Positions 58,201 through 64,000 of a stretch of 64,000 bases of DNA are shown piece by piece. The stretch is from positions 12,710,001 through 12,774,000 of the forward strand of contig OZ059896.1 in assembly GCA_964057225.1 (NCBI GenBank), read 5' to 3'. Position 1 is the first letter of the stretch; each line of letters starts with the position of its first letter. The translations under genes were made by a program, and so were the position numbers. The DNA comes from Auanema rhodensis. Taxonomy: Eukaryota; Animalia; Nematoda. The notes below the pieces were generated by a model that worked only from the letters and a program-made list of their open reading frames with translations, did no database searches and had not been told where the DNA came from.

Positions 58201-61200
58201 ATATATATTTTGAGCAAAAAAAGTGCGGAAAAGTCGTTATCTCGTTAACATCAGTTTCACTGTTCAAAACTCTGTTTATTGTCACTCTACTTGCTATTTC
58301 GAGAGAAACGTTTACAGATATATATGAATATTTACTACACTAGCAAGCAGAAGAAAACCTTATACTAGTTCATTGTTTTTTTTTAATTTTTTTCGGTATA
58401 TTTATTTTTTCACTGTCAAATCGGCAACACTAGCAAGCAGAAAAAAACCTTATACTAGTTCATTGTTTTTTTTTAAATTTTTTTCGGTATATTTATTTTT
58501 TCACTGTCAAATGGGCAAGCACCTGCTGCACATGTGCGAGCTATTCGAGTGACCGATGCCCAAACGAGCCACGCTTAGAAAATGAGGCTGACATAACACG
58601 TTTTTCACTCCTACCCAGATTGATTGCTTTAGAGACATTTCTGTCTTATCTCATTATATTCTCTACTTTGACTTTGATTTTTCTAAAATTTCATTAATGT
58701 AAAATTCAAAATATCATTTCTTGTGATCAGATTGTTAATCGTTATATCTGTAAACGTTTCTCCCGAAATAGCAAGTAGAGTGTTCAGTTGTACTCACTTA
58801 ACAAAGAAAGTAGAAGAACATATATATTTAGAGCAAAAAAAGTGCGGAAAAGTCGTTATCTCGTTAACATCAGTTTCACTGTTCAAAACTCTGTTTATTG
58901 TCACTCCACTTGCTATTTCGAGAGAAACGTTTACAGATGTATATGAATATTTACTACACTAGCAAGCAGAAGAAAACCTTATACTAGTTCATTGTTTTTT
59001 TTTAAATTTTTTTCGGTATATTTATTTTTTCACTGTCAAATCGGCAAGCACCTGTTGCACATGTGCGAGCTGTTCGAGTGACCGATGCCCAAACGAGCCA
59101 CGCTTAGAAAATGAGGCTGACATAACACGTTTTTCACTCCTACCCAGATTGATTGCTTTAGAGACATTTCTGTCTTATCTCATTATATTCTCTACTTTGA
59201 CTTTGATTTTTCTAAAACTTCATTAATGTATAATTCAAAATATCATTTCTTGTGATCAGATTGTTAATTGTTATAACTGTAAACGTTTCTCTCGAAATAG
59301 CAAGTAGAGTGTTCAGTTGTACCCACTTAACAAAGAAAGTAGAAGAACATATATATTTAGAGCAAAAAAAGTGCGGAAAAGTCGTTATCTCGTTAACATT
59401 AGTTTCACTGCCCAAAACTCTGTTTATTGTCACTCTACTTGCTATTTCGAGAGAAACGTTTACAGATGTATATGAATATTTACTACACTAGCAAGCAGAA
59501 GAAAACCTTATACTAGTTCATTGTTTTTTTTTTGAAATTTTTTCCGGTATATTTATTTTTTCACTGTCAAATCGGCAAGCACCTGCTGCACATGTGCGAG
59601 CTATTCGAGTGACCGATGCCCAAACGAGCCACGCTTAGAAAATGAAGCTGACATAACACGTTTTTCACTCCTACCCAGATTGATTGCTTTAGAGACATTT
59701 CTGTCTTATCTCATTATATTCTCTACTTTGACTTCGATTTTTCTAAAATTTCAGTAATGTATAATTCAAAATATTATTTCTTGTGATCAGATTGTTAATC
59801 GTTATATCTGTAAACGTTTCTCTCGAAATAGCAAGTAGAGTGTTCAGTTGTACTCAGTTAACAAAGAAAGTAGAAGAACATATATATTTAGAGCAAAAAA
59901 AGTGCTGAAAAGTCGTTATCTCGTTAACATAAGTTTCACTGTTCAAAACTCTGTTTATTGTCATTCTACTTGCTATTTCGAGAGAAACGTTTACAGATAT
60001 ATATGAATATTTACTACACTAGCAAGCAGAAGAAACCTTATACTAGTTCATTGTTTTTTTTTAATTTTTTTCGGTATATTTATTTTTTCACTGTCAAATC
60101 GGCAGCACTAGCAAGCAAAAGAAACCTTATACTAGTTCATTGTTTTTTTTTAATTTTTTTCGGTATATTTATTTTTTCACTGTCAAATCGGCAACACTAG
60201 CAAGCAGAAAAAAACCTTATACTAGTTCATTGTTTTTTTTTAAATTTTTTTCGGTATATTTATTTTTTCACTGTCAAATGGGCAAGCACCTGCTGCACAT
60301 GTGCGAGCTATTCGAGTGACCGATGCCCGAACGAGCCACGCTTAGAAAATGAGGCTGACATAACACGTTTTTCACTCCTACCCAGATTGATTGCTTTAGA
60401 GACATTTCTGTCTTATCTCATTATATTCTCTACTTTGACTTTGATTTTTCTAAAATTTCATTAATGTAAAATTCAAAATATCATTTCTTGTGATCAGATT
60501 GTTAATCGTTATATCTGTAAACGTTTCTCCCGAAATAGCAAGTAGAGTGTTCAGTTGTACTCACTTAACAAAGAAAGTAGAAGAACATATATATTTAGAG
60601 CAAAAAAAGTGCGGAAAAGTCGTTATCTCGTTAACATCAGTTTCACTGTTCAAAACTCTGTTTATTGTCACTCCACTTGCTATTTCGAGAGAAACGTTTA
60701 CAGATGTATATGAATATTTACTACACTAGCAAGCAGAAGAAAACCTTATACTAGTTCATTGTTTTTTTTTAATTTTTTTCGGTATATTTATTTTTTCACT
60801 GTCAAATCGGCAAGCACCTGCTGCACATGTGCGAGCTATTCGAGTGACCGATGCCCAAACGAGCCACGCTTAGAAAATGAAGCTGACATAACACGTTTTT
60901 CACTCCTACCCAGATTGATTGCTTTAGAGACATTTCTGTCTTATCTCATTATATTCTCTACTTTGACTTTGATTTTTCTAAAACTTCATTAATGTATAAT
61001 TCAAAATATTATTTCTTGTGATCAGATTGTTAATCGTTATAACTGTAAACGTTTCTCTCGAAATAGCAAATAGAGTGTTCAGTTGTACTCACTTAACAAA
61101 GAAAGTAGAAGAACATATATATTTTGAGCAAAAAAAGTGCGGAAAAGTCGTTATCTCGTTAACATCAGTTTCACTGTTCAAAACTCTGTTTATTGTCACT

Positions 61201-63224
61201 CTACTTGCTATTTCGAGAGAAACGTTTACAGATGTATATGAATATTTACTACACTAGCAAGCAGAAGAAAACCTTATACTAGTTCATTGTTTTTTTTTTG
61301 AAATTTTTTCCGGTATATTTATTTTTTCACTGTCAAATCGGCAAGCACCTGCTGCACATGTGCGAGCTATTCGAGTGACCGATGCCCAAACGAGCCACGC
61401 TTAGAAAATGAAGCTGACATAACACGTTTTTCACTCCTACCCAGATTGATTGCTTTAGAGACATTTCTGTCTTATCTCATTATATTCTCTACTTTGACTT
61501 TGATTTTTCTAAAATTTCATTAATGTATAAATCAAAATATTATTTCTTGTGATCAGATTGTTAATCGTTATATCTGTAAACGTTTCTCTCGAAATAGCAA
61601 ATAGAGTGTTCAGTTGTACTCACTTAACAAAGAAAGTAGAAGAACATATATATTTTGAGCAAAAAAAGTGCGGAAAAGTCGTTATCTCGTTAACATCAGT
61701 TTCACTGTTCAAAACTCTGTTTATTGTCACTCTACTTGCTATTTCGAGAGAAACGTTTACAGATATATATTAATATTTACTACACTAGCAAGCAGAAGAA
61801 AACCTTATACTAGTTCATTGTTTTTTTTTAATTTTTTTCGGTATATTTATTTTTTCACTGTCAAATCGGCAACACTAGCAAGCAGAAAAAAACCTTATAC
61901 TAGTTCATTGTTTTTTTTTAAATTTTTTTCGGTATATTTATTTTTTCACTGTCAAATGGGCAAGTACCTGCTGCACATGTGCGAGCTATTCGAGTGACCG
62001 ATGCCCAAACGAGCCACGCTTAGAAAATGAGGCTGACATAACACGTTTTTCACTCCTACCCAGATTGATTGCTTTAGAGACATTTCTGTCTTATCTCATT
62101 ATATTCTCTACTTTGACTTTGATTTTTCTAAAATTTCATTAATGTAAAATTCAAAATATCATTTCTTGTGATCAGATTGTTAATCGTTATATCTGTAAAC
62201 GTTTCTCCCGAAATAGCAAGTAGAGTGTTCAGTTGTACTCACTTAACAAAGAAAGTAGAAGAACATATATATTTAGAGCAAAAAAAGTGCGGAAAAGTCG
62301 TTATCTCGTTAACATCAGTTTCACTGTTCAAAACTCTGTTTATTGTCACTCCACTTGCTATTTCGAGAGAAACGTTTACAGATGTATATGAATATTTACT
62401 ACACTAGCAAGCAGAAGAAAACCTTATACTAGTTCATTGTTTTTTTTTTAATTTTTTTCGGTATATTTATTTTTTCACTGTCAAATCGGCAAGCACCTGT
62501 TGCACATGTGCGAGCTGTTCGAGTGACCGATGCCCAAACGAGCCACGCTTAGAAAATGAGGCTGACATAACACGTTTTTCACTCCTACCCAGATTGATTG
62601 CTTTAGAGACATTTCTGTCTTATCTCATTATATTCTCTACTTTGACTTTGATTTTTCTAAAACTTCATTAATGTATAATTCAAAATATCATTTCTTGTGA
62701 TCAGATTGTTAATTGTTATAACTGTAAACGTTTCTCTCGAAATAGCAAGTAGAGTGTTCAGTTGTACCCACTTAACAAAGAAAGTAGAAGAACATATATA
62801 TTTAGAGCAAAAAAAGTGCGGAAAAGTCGTTATCTCGTTAACATTAGTTTCACTGCCCAAAACTCTGTTTATTGTCACTCTACTTGCTATTTCGAGAGAA
62901 ACGTTTACAGATGTATATGAATATTTACTACACTAGCAAGCAGAAGAAAACCTTATACTAGTTCATTGTTTTTTTTTAATTTTTTTCGGTATATTTATTT
63001 TTTCACTGTCAAATCGGCAAGCACCTGCTGCACATGTGCGAGCTATTCGAGTGACCGATGCCCAAACGAGCCACGCTTAGAAAATGAGGCTGACATAACA
63101 CGTTTTTCACTCCTACCCAGATTGATTGCTTTAGAGACATTTCTGTCTTATATCATTATATTCTCTACTTTGACTTTGATTTTTCTAAAATTTCATTAAT
63201 GTAAAATTCAAAATATCATTTCTT
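52276..63224 (+). repeat. Irregular 3-5-monomer higher-order repeat domain
   Basis: A monomer with linked alleles CTCCCGAA and CACTCCAC recurs at 52276, 54926, 57044, 58723, 60490 and 62168 (periods 2650, 2118, 1679, 1767, 1678). Confidence 0.85.
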
Positions 63225-63747
63225 GTTATCAGATTGTTAATCGTTATATCTGTAAACGTTTCTCTCAAAATAGCAAGTAGAGTGTTCAGTTGTACCCACT
63301 CAACAAAGAAAGTAGAAGAACATATATATTTAGAGCAAATAAAGTGCGGAAAAGTCGTTATCTCGTTAACATCAGTTTCACTGCCCAAAACTCAGTTTAT
63401 TGTCATTCTACTTGCTATTTCGAGAGAAACGTTTACAGATATATATGAATATTTACTACACTAGCAATCAGAAGAAAACCTTATACTAGTTCATTGTTTT
63501 TTTTAAATTTTTTTCGGTATATTTATTTTTTCACTGTCAAATCGGCAAGCACCTGCTGCACATGTGCGAGCTATTCGAGTGACCGATGCCTAAACAAACC
63601 ACGCTTAGAAAATGAGGCTGACATAACACGTTTTTCACTCCTACCCAGATTGATTGCTTTAGAGACATTTCTGTCTTATCTTATTATATTCTCTACTTTG
63701 ACTTTGATTTTTCTAAAATTTTCATTAATGTAAAATTCAAAATATCA

Positions 63748-64000
63748 ACTAAATGTCTCTTCTTGACATTTTCGGCCATGTTCAGATATTTGAGGGTGGA
63801 GAGCTTAACATATGACACTGATGAGCCTGCATCCCATTAAGCTAAAATCAGTTTATCTTCAACTGATATACATATATATTAATGGTAACTTTGTTTCCGC
63901 TGATGCAATAGAAGCAACAAATGGTATTGCGATTGGAATAAATGTTACTAAAGCAAGATAGTATTGCTTCATGATGTTATCTGGCATCTGTTGGTCTGGG
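63748..64000. other. Unique non-satellite flank; identity unknown
   Basis: No extended match to the monomer or to the inserted element; higher-complexity sequence. Confidence 0.85.

Larger units (their letters stand above)
1..63747. repeat. Tandem satellite DNA array, ~529-bp base monomer (variants ~619 and ~709 bp), ~113.6 units, all in one orientation; runs off the left edge of the window
   Basis: Near-identical sequence recurs throughout. Anchor positions (GTGATCAGATTG) at 320, 848, 1467, 1997, 2616, 3326 ... 62697, 63225 are spaced 528-532, 618-620 or 707-710 bp. The only exceptions are 31669->32898 (insertion) and 51774->52276 (deletion). Similarity ends after ...AAAATATCA at 63747. Confidence 0.99.

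Noticed and set aside
320-63464. Repeated 79-aa ORF (MIRLLIV...EYLLH) as a tandem gene family
   Set aside because: It starts at GTG, and its two ends are just the inverted-repeat arms, so similar peptide appears on both strands. Variants are frequently nonsynonymous. It has premature stops in the units at 9602, 42787, 59783 and 61549, and no recognisable domain.
280-63733. Other recurring 61-83 aa ORFs (MGSETD..., MTINRV..., MFFFNFF..., MSFYLL...)
   Set aside because: They appear and vanish with homopolymer length or single SNPs, and are low-complexity translations of the satellite.
1-63747. CRISPR array
   Set aside because: No unique spacers between short repeats, the whole unit is repeated, and there are no cas genes.
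1-63747. Tandem RNA gene array (5S rRNA, tRNA/SINE, snRNA, spliced leader)
   Set aside because: No sequence I recognise for these. TTCGAGTG does not fit a B-box (GTTCRANNC) and no cloverleaf is evident. A divergent RNA cannot be excluded without an Rfam search.

Overview
This window is almost entirely (1-63747) one head-to-tail tandem satellite array of an AT-rich ~529-bp monomer. I count 113 monomer starts plus a partial unit at the left edge. It looks eukaryotic and shows no CpG depletion. Each monomer has three parts: (i) a ~199-bp foldback, i.e. a 40-bp inverted repeat with TATA ends around a 119-bp spacer, which looks like a captured MITE; (ii) a ~90-bp T-rich module present in 1, 2 or 3 copies, giving units of ~529/619/709 bp; (iii) a short GC-rich block with a GCACATGTGC palindrome. 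Variant monomers form local higher-order repeats (2-, 3-, 4- and 5-mers). The array is layered: a homogeneous core at ~9-32 kb lies between flanks that share alleles with each other. One 698-bp Tc1/mariner-type non-autonomous element (27-bp TIRs, TA duplication) is inserted at 31888-32585, in the TATATA tip of a foldback arm. A ~117-bp deletion at 51964 marks a subfamily switch. The array ends at ~63747 and is followed by ~250 bp of unique sequence. The repeated 67-79 aa ORFs are by-products of the repeat, and I find no supportable protein gene, RNA gene or CRISPR array.
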